A stretch of 64,000 nt of DNA from Phaeosaccion multiseriatum (Eukaryota > Protista > Ochrophyta, other classes): positions 1,488,001 to 1,552,000 of the forward strand of contig OZ218960.1 in NCBI GenBank assembly GCA_965112735.1. Direction: 5' to 3'. The translations under genes and the position numbers were made by a program. Within the stretch, counting starts at the first letter, position 1, and every line of letters starts with the position of its first letter. Below the pieces are notes generated by a model. It saw only the letters and a list, made by a program, of their open reading frames with translations. It did no database searches and was not told the origin of the DNA. Shown here one piece after another: positions 12,419 through 24,727 of this stretch.

Positions 12419-13089
12419 GATGATCGACTCGGATGCGAGGTGATGTGTTGGAGTGGTTGTGAAGCCTGAGCAAGCTCCCTCCCCGCTAACAGCATGGAAG
12501 CCTTTAATACGAGTTACTGCTGTAGCATTCTCGCGCCAAAGACAGAACCCAACTGCCAAGGGCAACAGATTCGCAACAGAGTGGAAACTGCCCAAGGGCA
12601 ACATGGGCCAGGAAATTACAACTCACGTTTACAAGCGGCCGTGCCAGACTCATGACTGCCTGCGTCGGAGGCGAATCACGCATTGTCCCCCTCTTCTCCA
12701 GTACTGAAGCCAGTGGAGCTTGGGAAGCAAACTTCGAAGGAGGAAGGTCACAGATCGGTGCTAACGTAGATAAGTAGGGGATGAAGGAGGAGGAAGAGGG
12801 ACAAGGAAGAAGCAAACACATCACCCCCATCACCACGTCCTCCACACGGCCGCATCACCGCGTCCTCCCCACCTCAAAAGAGAAGAGAAAAAGAAACGAA
12901 TACGTACTTTTAGTGTGTGTGTGCGTGCGTGTGGCGAGACCTTTTTTTTCGCAAAAGGGCCTTCCACAACTTATTTGAAAATGGAAGTTATGGAAGGAAG
13001 AGAGGAGCCTCCTCACACTACGCCCGCCACTTCCTTCCCTACTCCGCTTTCTGCCCTGCAGTCTCAGCAAGCAAGCACAGCAAGCAGCA

Positions 13090-14260
13090 ATGAAGACTCT
13101 CTCAGCCATCGGTCCTTCCGCGGTGCTGCTTCTCGCAGTCCTATTGACGGCATCGACTGGCTTCGCAGCCTCAACGGACCACGAGGAGAAGGGTTTGTTC
13201 CGCTCCATCCGATCCCTGTGGGCAGGAGATCACAGCCTCACCACGCTTGGCACTTCCGCCCTCTCATCGTCGGGGTCTGCTTCCTCGGCCTCTTCGGGCT
13301 CATCTTCTTCCTCCGGCTCGAGAGGGGTGGGTGGGAGCGGCGGCAGCGGCAGCGGCAACGGTAGCAGCACCAGCGACACGTCTTCCTCCTCCGGGACGAC
13401 GAGCAGCACCAGCAGCACATCTTCCTCCTCCGGGACGACGAGCAGCACCAGCGACACGTCTTCCTCCTCCGGGACGACGAGCAGCACCAGCAGCACATCT
13501 TCCTCCTCCTCCTCCTCCTCCTCCTCCTCTGGAGTACCCGTCGTCTACTGGAACGACTATCAGCCCAAGCTTCACCCCCGCTGGATCAAGGATGACCACG
13601 GCAAGTGGCTCTACAAAGTCCCGGAGCCCAAGTGGAAAGAGAAGAACATCTTCCATGACCCCGACGGTACTTGCACGGTGAGTGAGTCGGATCGAGGGTG
13701 TGTGAGGGTGTGAGAGCTTGAGTTATGCTTCCCGACTGGCTGGCGCTTTAGGGTGGGATCTGCCTCTCCCCTCACGCGCCCCCATGCCCCCTCGCTCGCT
13801 CACTCACTCGCAGCACGTTTGCGAGAAGGACAACGACATGCCATTGTACGACCTCAAGTACTGCAAGAGCTTCGAGAGCTACTACAAGAGCTACTGCACA
13901 TATTACTACGACCCCTTCTCTCATCCTTGGCAGCTCGAGGGCGTGCAGGTGATCCCAGCGCACCTTCTCGGCTCTTCCTCTTCGACCTCTGGCCACGGCC
14001 GCGAGCTAAAGTTGAGCGAAAACTGGGCCCCCAAGTGGCCCGGCAAGGAGCACATGTACTGCCACTTCTACTACTCGGTCTGCGGCAGTTACATCGCTCT
14101 CAAATCGGGCCCCACTTCCGGCAGCTCCGGCTCCGGCTCCTCCTCGTCGCCCGGCAGCATCGGCTCATCCTCCAGCTCTATCTCTGGCCCCTCTTCCGGC
14201 AGCAGCAGCAGCTCCGGCTCTATCTCTGGCCCCTCTTCCGGAAGCTCATTTTTCGCGTAG
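13090..14260 (+). CDS. Secreted family paralog D (short tail)
   Basis: Signal peptide; exons 13090-13677 and 13814-14260; intron nearly identical to that of paralog B. Confidence 0.85.
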
Positions 14261-15004
14261 CTCAGCTCTATATCCATGACTATATCTATCAATACATGAA
14301 CAAACGAACCTTTCAGTTCAACTTCCTATACCCCTCACGCCTCCATTCCGTGCGTGTGGGCTTGTATAATACCTCTGTGCGAGCTCACCAGTCGAGAGCG
14401 ACACCCCCTCGAGTTTTGAAGTGTGAGTGTGGGGCTCCTGTGGGCCTCGGGGAGAGAACGGGAGAGGCGAAGAGTGATGGAGTCGGAGAGCACAGGAAGC
14501 CCGAGGTAGGTGGAGAGATACCAAGCCGTCATCACTCTCGTCACTCGTCGATGAAGCTTCCGGCACACGAGCAGAGCAGCAGGTTGGCCTTCTCTTGTTC
14601 CTTGTTCAGAAGCACGCGGGTAGCCTCACGTGGAAGCCTGTTTCGGTGGCCTGAAAAGACAATCATCGACGCTCTCATGGACCCCCTCTGCCCTGCCTGG
14701 CAGGGACCCAGTACCGCCATATTTTTTAGTACATCTGGCGAGGGAGGTCGCAAGTCAAACTTCAATTTAGCTATTTATGTCTCGCATCCTCGGCAGTAAA
14801 AGGTGAAGGGCGTCGGAAGAGCGGGGGGAGACGGTTCCCTTCTCGGCAATGTAGGCCTGTTCCTTCTCTTCAATCTGTATCACTCTCTGCGAAACGTTCA
14901 GGCCTGTCCCTCCCTCGCTTCGCATGCTTTGCATATCTAGCGTACGCTTGCCGGCGGGAGCCGGGCCAACGGAGGCTGTATGCAGTACGTTTCTCACACG
15001 CCTC

Positions 15005-15585
15005 AGCCTCCTGGGTCGTCTCCACCTTCAAGGACCTACAACGTCCCTCTTAAGGCGCACCCTGGCAGGTTCACACCTCCTGGAAGGGCTTTAATGCCAC
15101 CGACGATACCTGGGAACCTTTGACCGTCATGAACGATGACCTTCCCGCTCTCTTGGGAGCAATTCCTCTCCTCTTTCCCTCGTCGCTCTTTGGCGGAGGA
15201 CGCTAAACGCTTCCTTCGGTCTCGCGGCCCCTCGTCACGCCGACGCCCGCGAGGAGCAGGCCGCCGATAAGGAACCCTTCGGGAACCCTTTTTGGGTACT
15301 TTTACTCATATAACATTCTCTCTCTAGCATTGTCGAGCTTCTCTCTCGAGGGGGAAGTGTTGCCCCTACAGCCTCATTCAGTGCCTTCGTACGTGTAACT
15401 GTCACCACGCAGTCTGCCGTATAACATTGTACTTCGTACAATAATACAATGTACAATGAGGTGGCACACAGCCCACCGGGAGTAGTAGCCTGTGGCGCTC
15501 CCTCACTCTTAGCTTATCCACCCTAAAGCCAAAGGAGACTCGGCTCTTTACTGGAGCTGAGGCAAGGCCTCCAAACTTTACAACC
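15005..15585 (+). mobile_element. Degenerate Ty3/gypsy chromovirus 3' end (chromodomain, PPT, LTR)
   Basis: WVVSTFKDLQRPS*GAPWQVHTSWKGFNATDDTWEPLTVMNDDLPALL (chromodomain with an in-frame stop). Purine tract GAGGGGGAAG at 15348-15357 is followed by TGTTG; candidate LTR end CAACC at 15581-15585. Confidence 0.65.
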
Positions 15586-15636
15586 TTGCACCCATCTCAT
15601 AGATTATTGGCTCACTTTCTGACTTGCTAGCGATAG

Positions 15637-16122
15637 CAGGGTTGGCTACACTCGTCCCGCTTGGTTCTGAGGCGACCCCGGTTCCTGGTTCTGGCCGGCG
15701 CCAGCCGGCCTGGTTCCTGGCTGGTTCTAGTCGGCGCCAGCCGGCCAGGCAGGTTCCAGGTTCTGGGGGAAAGCCATGTAACAAGGCAATGATGAGGGCC
15801 AAGGTTGGTTCCTGGTTCTGGTCGGCGCCAGCCGGCCTGGTTCCTGCTTCTGGGCTGGCCTGTCTCAGAACCATGTTAGGGGCCGACTAGCTAGCCTACA
15901 CGTAGCAATCAGCTTCCTCACTTCTTCCGACTGATCATGCAACTCGCTTCTCTGATCCAGCCATCCTCGGCGTTCATGGAAAGGGTCTTCTCCACCCAGA
16001 ATAGGGTGATCAGTCCTGGCCAAGCCAACATGAAGGAGGACTTGCTTCAGCTGACAGTGATGTTGTGTCACAACCGCGAGCATGCAGACACGGTAGGCTG
16101 GCCGCATTCGACGACGAACTGA
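15637..16122 (+). mobile_element. hAT transposon remnant (C-terminal dimerization domain plus subterminal repeats)
   Basis: LIQPSSAFMERVFS..NMKEDLLQLTVML matches the hAT dimerization motif (P-x-S-x3-ERxFS). Starts CAGGG, with repeated GGCGCCAGCCGGCC/GGTTCC. Second TIR not found. Confidence 0.6.
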
Positions 16123-17236
16123 GCAGACAAGTACTTGACCTTGCTTTAGCTGAGCAGCTTGCCGAGCTGCCGAGACGCGGGAGAGCTCTTGCGTCGGCGC
16201 AGGTCATTAGGAGCTTATCGCCTGCAGACAGAGAATGAACGTATATTTGAGCAAGTAACAAACGCATATATTTAGGGTGTCCGCACAATATACGCATATA
16301 TATCATAAAACGCATATACTGGGTGTTGACAAAACACAATATGCGATTGTGCTTTCGCATATTGCTCTCCCCTCGAGCAGTATATACCCTTCTTCTGTTG
16401 GGCCCTGCGGGCGGCTGGTTAACTGGGTCCCTATCTACTGCCTGCCCTGCCCTTCGCGCTCCGTGTATGGCGTGCGTATCTGTGTACAAACGTGTGTGTG
16501 TGGGTGTGTGTGTTCGTGCGCGTACGTGTGTGCGTGTGTGCGCAGAGTGAGTCCTGAAGCGCGAGACGGAGTTTTGGACCAGTCGAGGAGGTGGGCCGGT
16601 GGCGATGGACTAGCTACGGGTCTGGTGTTGTGCGGACTAACGAACGCCTTCCTCGTAATGAGCACCATCCCGGCCTGAAGTGAGCTTGTCTTCGCCCCTC
16701 CTCCTCCTCTCTCTCTCCTCCCACCCCGAGATCAACATCAGTGTAAGGGTGGCCTGCTCTTGTGTGGCTCTCGCGCAAGCGTGTTTGGATTTCCTGGTGT
16801 TTGCCAGTTTGTATTTTCTAATCTAAATAAACCCTCGTGCTTGATGCTTTGCGACAAGTCGAGCAAGCACAAACTTGGGAGCGGTGTCCGCCGGCCCTCT
16901 CCCAAAAAGGAGAGAGCTCCACTTGATCGGCTGAGAAATGCTCCTTGTAAACCTTCCCCACTTCGCCATCTCCTCATTCTCCTCCTCCACTTCGCCATCT
17001 CCTCATTCTCCTCCTCCTCCTTCTTCTTCGTCTTCTCCTCCTCCTCCTTCTCCTTCTCCTCCTTCTCCTCCTCCTCCTCCTCCTCCTCCTCCTCCTCCTC
17101 CTCCTAACCTCCTATCCTTCTGCTGCTGACGACGGACGGCAGGCTCTGCACCAGCACAGCAGCGCCAAGTATAAAGCAGCCAGCCCCTTTGGGAGGGAAG
17201 CACCCCCCCCCCACCCTCGAATGGGCCTATCTGTCT

Positions 17237-19136
17237 CTAATCCTTGCCGCCGTTGATGGTGATGCGACCTCCGCCCTCGTCATCCACAACGAAGGGGATG
17301 CCCTGAGTAGTGAGTGACATTGGGTAGCGTGAGAAGGGAGAGAAGGAGCGACGCATGCGGGTAGGCGTGAGAGGTACGTGCGGTGAAGCAGACAGGGAGG
17401 GGGAGGAGGAGGAGGAGGAGGAGGAGGAGGAGGAGCAGGAGCAAGGGAAGGGGCAGAGTAACACACAGCCGGAGAAGAGACATGTCGAGGAGTAGGGAGG
17501 GGCGGGTACAACAAGCAGGCCAGAGCAGGCAGTGTAGGGACAGAAAAGAAGCGAGCAAGCCAATCACTGTCCCTCCCTTTTCCTTTTGAAACGCCACTGG
17601 TGAGGAGGGGGGGCTGCGTGAAGCAATTTTGGAAGTGCGTGATGTGGGTAATGTAAACATCGGTGGGCCGAGAGGAAGGCGCTCGAAGGGGAACAGATTC
17701 CGACGAGCCAAGGCGCGGGAGGAACCAAAGAGACACTGACCCCTAGGGCACTGATCCCCTTGCTCACTCTCTCTTTCTCACTCAGTCACTGCCTCAGTCA
17801 CTCACTCCCTCTTTCACACTCGCTCACTGGCTCACTCACTCAGTCCCTGACTCAGTCACTTACTCTCGCTTACTCCCACCACACTCTCACTCACACTCAC
17901 TCAGTCACTCATTCACTCATTCACTCACTCACTCACCCACCCACTCAATCCGTCCCTCAATCTCACTCATTCTCACGTCCCTCCCTAACTCTTATCACTC
18001 ACTCACACACTCACTCACTCACTCACTCACTCGCGCAATCAACTCACTCTTATCACTCACTCACTCACTCACTCACGCACGCACTCACCATGCTCCGTAA
18101 ATCGCGTGCGATCCAGCGGATCAGAGCGCCCCCGTCCTCCTCCTTCGCCGCCCACCCCCCTGTTGAAACCTCCATGCGAGCCTGCGGTCCTCTCTCCCTC
18201 AGCAGGAAGCGCAGGGCAGCACGACCAGTGGCAAGGTTGAGCGCTGTTTGCGTGTGGGTTTGTCGCCATAAGTAAGTCAATGGAAGAGCAGGTGGTTGAG
18301 GGGCAACGATGGGAGAGTAGTGAGTGAGGTGTGTGTTTGGAGGAGGGCAGGAAGGACACTCCACTCATCCAATCCCACTCTTTCCTTCCTTCCCTCTCCC
18401 TACCTTCCTTCTCTCCTTCCCTCTCTCTCTCCTTCCCTCTACCTCCTTCCTTCCCCCTCTTTTCCCTCCCTCCCTTCCTCCCCCCCTCCCTCCCTCCCTC
18501 CCTCCCTGCCTTCCTTCCTCCCTGCCGCCCCACTCACTTCTCAAGTCCGGTTTGTCCTGCGTTATCACCGACTGGAAGTTCCCCTCCTCCACTGCCTCCT
18601 TGAACAGCGCATCGCCCACCCCGGTATTTCCTTCGTCCCACACCAAGCGCAGCATAATGCTGTACATCTTCGCCGCCTCCTCCTCCGAATCGACAGCTGT
18701 GATTTTCCTGCCGTCCCTAATCGCTGCTTTGTCTTCCGCTTCCGCGGCTTGCGCAATAGAGTGGACTTGCTGCCACAGACGAAACACACCTGTGTGTGTG
18801 CACATATGCGTGCGTGTGTGTGTGTGTGTGCACATATGCGTGCGTGTGTGTGTTTGCATGAATAGTACACGAGCAACAAAACATGTCGGTAAGAACAAGT
18901 TACAGAAATCCATCTCCACTCTTCTGTTCTGTCCGAACGGACATGTGAGGGGCAGAGAAACAGAGACAGAGACAGCAAAAAGAGAAGAGAGAGAGACAGA
19001 CAGCACTTGATTCTTTTCCCCATGCCCTATGTGTAGGTAGGGTGGATGGGGGGGGGGGGGGAGGGTGCAAGACTTGGATGAACCAATTTTCCTCCCGGTC
19101 CCCCATCCCGGAGAAGTCAAAAGCGCCTCACATACA

Positions 19137-19199
<63 letters not shown>

Positions 19200-19655
19200 G
19201 CACACATACACATTCCTGCTGTCCTGCCCCACTCACCGAGAAGGGCAGCCCCCCTGTCTCCTCTCAGGGGCGAGTCGGACACCACATTCAACAGATGGCG
19301 CCACACACTCGCTTCTGCCCCCAACAGATGCTGCGAGATGAGCTCCAACTGTGCTGCTGAGAGTGACAATGGAGGCATTGAAGGCAGTACGTCTAGCGGA
19401 GCTGCTTCTGCTTCTGCTTCTTCTTCTCCTCCTGATGCTGTTGCTGTTGCTGCCGCCTCTCCTTCCGCTGTTACTCCTTGTGCTGCTGCAGCACTCGAGC
19501 TCTCCTCCCCTCCTCCCTCTCCTGCCATCCCTTCCCAATCCGCCACTCGCCCCTGCAGGAGTGAGTCCAGGAAATCTTCGAGACGCCCCACACTCACAAG
19601 AGAGCTGAGCAGGGACATCAGGAAGCCGGCGTCAACCTGTGGTGATCCGTGTGTT

Positions 19656-19753
<98 letters not shown>

Positions 19754-22666
19754 TGTGTGTGCGTGTGTGCGTGTGTGTGCGTACGTGTGTGTGCGTACGT
19801 GTGTGTGCAGTGTGTGTGCGTACGTGTGTGTGCGTGTGTGTGTGTGTGTGTGCATTTGGCGCGGGGGGGGGGGGTTGGGGGAGGCGAATTAATTCGATGT
19901 CGGGATTTGGTAGGGCATGCGGGCATCCATTCATTGACTTCTGTGAGTGATACGCAGTTACGCAAGGTGTCTTAAAAGGCGATAAGAGAGTCCCACTCAC
20001 CCCCCTCCAAGGGCAAAAGAGAGAACACAACTCCTTCGCACACACGCACGCACACACACACACACACGCACACACACACGCACGCACCGCTTCCTCTTGC
20101 TTGGCGCAGACATGCAGCATAAGCTCCACAGCCTTATCGTCCCTACCCGCAGCCACGCAGCAAGCGATGACGGAAGTGTACGTTGCCTGAGGGAGGGAGG
20201 GAGGGAGGGAGGGTCAGGGGCGTGGTCAGGGTCAGGGTCTAGGGGCGGAGGGAGGGAATGAGGGAGGGAATGAGGGAGGGAGGGAGGGAGGGAGGGAGGG
20301 AGGGAGGGAGGGAGGGAGGGAGGGAGGGAAGGGAGGGAGGGAGGGAGGGAGGGAGGGAGGGAGGGAGGGAAGGGAGGGAAGGGAGGGAGGGAGGGAGGGA
20401 GGGAGGGAAGGGAGGGAAGGAGGGAGGGAAGGGAGGGAAGGGAGGGAGGTAGAGGGGGTGGGAAGCTGGTTGAAGAGGGTCCAGACAGGAAGACGGATTT
20501 TGAGTTTGAGTTTGATTGAAGTATGCACGCACGCACGCACGCACCGAGTCTGGAGGGACGCCCCTCTCTTGCATCTCTGTGAGCAGTGCCTGGGCTTCTT
20601 GCCACTGCGCTGTGGCAGACGAGCAAGTGGCCAGGGCAGAGATGGCGATGTTGTAGTGCACCTGTTGGTGATACAGTAACGCAGGGCAGGCATATGGGCA
20701 GGGCAGGGCAGGGCAGGGCAGGCAGGGCAGCAAGGGGGGGGGGGGGGAAGGTACATGTGGGAATGGTCGGGGAGTACAAGATACTGGTGGTGTCCCTCTC
20801 CTCTCTCCCCTCCCTCACACTCACACGCACACAGCACGCACGCACGCACGCACGCACGCACACACGCCCCACACGCGCACGCACGCACACACACACTACA
20901 CGCACGCACGCACGCACGCACGCACGCACTCACCGTATTGCAAATGCCGCTCTCTGTGGCAATGTTGAGAAGTCTGCGCATGTCGGCAAGCATCGTGGCG
21001 CCCCCACCACTCCGCTCCGGCGAGTCTCGACAGACGAGCATGACGGAGCTGAAGGTGAATGTGTCAGGCTTGAAGCCTGCGGCCTTCATCTCGTTGAGGT
21101 AGCGGAGCGCACGCTCCAGCTGCGAGAGCAGGGGGGAGGGGGGGGGGAGAAGAGAGAGGAGAAGAGACGGGAAGAGAGAGGTAGAAAGGAGAGAGGGGGG
21201 GCAATGAGCGGCGCGTATGTACACATGGGCATTCCTTCCCTCCCTCCCCTTCCCTCCCCTTCCCTCCATCGCTCCCTCCCTCCCTCCATCCATCCACTTC
21301 CCTCCCTCCCTCCCTCCCTCCATCCATCCATCCCTCCCTCCCTCCCTCCCTCCCTCCTCTCCCCTCCCTCATCTCTTCCTGCCTATACTCCTCCACCCAC
21401 CTTCCTGCTGGTGGCGCAGCTCGCAATGGCGGTGTTGTACATAACCCTGTCCGGCGTAATGGCAATGTCCTCCCTACCCATGAGCTCGAACAGGGCGTGT
21501 CCGAAGCTCTCGGGGGCCTTCCCTATGATTTCCATGGCGCTAGAAGAGAGGGCAGAGCAGAGCAGAGCAGGCGGAGGAGGGTAGGTGGAGAGGTGAGATG
21601 GCAGCACATACACGCACACAGAAGGCATATAGATATAAGGTGGCTGTACATGCACATACACGCACATAGACAGGCATATAGATATAAGGTGGCTGTGCAT
21701 GCACATACACGCACATAGACAGGCATATAGATATAAGGTGGCTGCACACAACACGGGAGGTACCTGCAAGGGCACTGACACACACGTACACAACACGTAC
21801 ACACACACCTTTAACACACACGTACACAACACGTACACACACACCTTTAACACACACGTACACAACACGTACACACACACCTTTAACACACACGTACACA
21901 ACACGTACACACACACCTTTAACACACACGTACACAAACACGTGCACACACTTTAAGCACACACGCACACATACGGTACACATATACATATACACACTAC
22001 ATGCACAACACATAATGCAGACCCGAATGTTGGTGATTCAGCAGGCAGAATTCACAAATGGCTGCCTGGAGTTGGAGCAATAAACACGGGACACGATACA
22101 CAGCTGCCCAAACCTCTCTACCTCCGTCACATTGCCCAGCCCTGCTCCCTCACTCTCCCTCCCTCCCTCCCTCACTCACTCACTCACTTCATTCACCCAC
22201 TCACTCACTCACTCACTCACTCACTCACCCACTAACCCACTCACTCCCTCACTCACTCACTCACTCACTCACCAGGTAAAGTTGAGTGTGTCTGGCAGGA
22301 TGCCTGCATCAATCATCTCCTTGAGCACCGAAAGCACTCTCTCGGCCGCTGCCTCTCCGCGGCTACTCCGCCCACCACCACCCCCACCTCGACTCTCTTT
22401 ACTCTCAGCACTGACGTCATCATCATCCGTCATCGTTAGCACCTCTTCGTTGTCGGCGTCGCTGCTACTGCTACTACTACTGCTGCTGCTGCTGCTGTCC
22501 TCCTCGGACTGAGGTTCCCGGGCAGCTACGCGGATGACCTCGTTGTACGCGATGTTGGACATGGCGACGCCATCCCCTGCCATCATCTCCATCACCTCCC
22601 GGACCTTACCACACACACACACGCGCGCGCACACACACGCACACACACACACATGCACACACGCGT

Positions 22667-22703
<37 letters not shown>

Positions 22704-23572
22704 CACACATGCACACATGCACACACAATTAGGTCAGTAAGACCAGAGATTTGGGTATGGCTAAGAGATGAATCAGAAAGATTGAAGGAGATGGAAGTGC
22801 ATGGCTACGTAAGAGATCAAGTAAGGCTACATAAGAGACAAAAGTAAGACTACGTCGTACCGCGTCCATGTCACAGCGCGCCAATGCGAAAGCCTTGAGG
22901 ATGGTGGAGTACGTGATGTGGTTGGGCTGCACGCCTCGAGACTTCATTCGCTTCAACATCTTCTTGGCGTCTGGGGGAGGAGGAGGAGGAGGAGGAGGAG
23001 GAGGACGAGGAGGAGGAGGAGAATGAGGAGGAGGAGGACACACACACGCACGCACGCCCACACAAACACACACACAAAGAGAGAGAGATGCACACGCACG
23101 TACCCTCGGGAGTGCCGTTCCTGCCGCACGCCACGAACACCTACCAGGGCATGAGGGCAACAAGGCGGCATGTGGGGGGCATACAGGCATACAGGCATAC
23201 GGGCATACAGGCATACAGGCATACGGGCATACAGGCATACGGGCATACAGGCATACGGGCATACAGGCATACGGGCATACAGGCATACAGGCATACGGGC
23301 ATACAGGCATACAGGCATACAGGCATACAGGCATACAGGCATACAGGCATACGGGCATACAGGCATACAGGTATACAGGCATACAGGCATACAGGCATAC
23401 AAACATACAGGCATACAGACATAAGCATACAGACATAAGGGGGCACGAAGGGAAGACAGCAAGAGCAAGAGAGTCAAAGGGGGGGGCATGAGTGGGGCAC
23501 ATGCGTACATGAGATAGAGGACTGTCAGCTTCTTGATCCGATAGAGAGAGGGAGAGAGAGAGAGAGAGGAGA

Positions 23573-23603
<31 letters not shown>

Positions 23604-23848
23604 CGCGCGCGAGAGAGAGGGGAAGAGAGCGAGAGACGAAGAGAGAGAGAAGGATAGAGAGAGAGCGAGATAGAGAGGGAGAGGGAAGAAGAGATGGCCT
23701 AGTTTGATTATCCTAGTTTCCAATCATGGGTCGAAAACACAAGAAAAAACGACCTCTCGGCCCCTCTGCCGAGGAAGAGTCGAAAAGAGTGAAAAAAATG
23801 GAAGAAAAAGAGAAAATCTCACTCAGTCACTCAGTCAGTCAGTCAATG

Positions 23849-23880
<32 letters not shown>

Positions 23881-24696
23881 AGTCAGTGAGTGAGTCAGTC
23901 CGTCCGTCCGTCCGTCAGTCAGTCAGTCAGTAAGTCAGTAAGTCAGTCAGTCAGTCAGTCGCTCAGTCAGTCACTTCAGTCAGTCAGTCTCTCTCTCACA
24001 CACTCACTCACTTACATGATTGTACGTAATTCGGTCGGGCTGCACCCCCGCCTCCTCGGCATCATCCAATAAAGCCTTCGCCAGCTGTGAAGGGGAGAAG
24101 GAGATGGAAGTGGATGGAAAGGACAGAGGAAGACGAGAAGCGAATGGGCAAGACTAAAGGTGACCACACCACCGAACGTTGTCATGTCATGTCACGGGTG
24201 AGGAGGAACACTTCTTGCTCCCTTCCTTTCTTCTTCCTTTCCACCAATAACGCAATAGAGGGAAGGGAGCAAAGGACAAGAGACAAAATGGGAACAGGGG
24301 AAACAAAAGCCCCCTCTTACTCTCTCTCGCCCTTCCCCTCCCCTCCCCTCCTCTCCCCCCTCCCCATATGTCCGTAACCTTGAAGTCTCCCATGGTGCAT
24401 CGAATGGTGCAGTCGTACACTCTCCCCCAGTCCCCCTCCGACATTCCTCCGAGGCCGGGGGCACGTGCTCGGAACTTCGTCTGCTCTCGTCCGCCAGCGC
24501 CCGCCACGAGAACGACAGTGTACGTACATATATATACATACAACATATACATACATACATACATACAAATGTAAATACATACAAATGTACATACGTACGT
24601 ACGTGCGTACGTACATAAATGTAGCATAGAGGGAGGTTGGGGGGGGGGGGTGAGTGAGTGACACAGACTGCGAAGGGAAAGGGAAAGGAGATGGGC

Positions 24697-24727
<31 letters not shown>

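Noticed and set aside
4043-14260. Calling the family silaffins, cingulins or RxLR effectors
   Set aside because: No KxxK arrays and no RxLR-dEER; similarity is limited to RxL and composition
22729-23723. Cys/Met-rich (YACMPVC)n metallothionein-like ORFs
   Set aside because: Octamer satellite in a PPR intron
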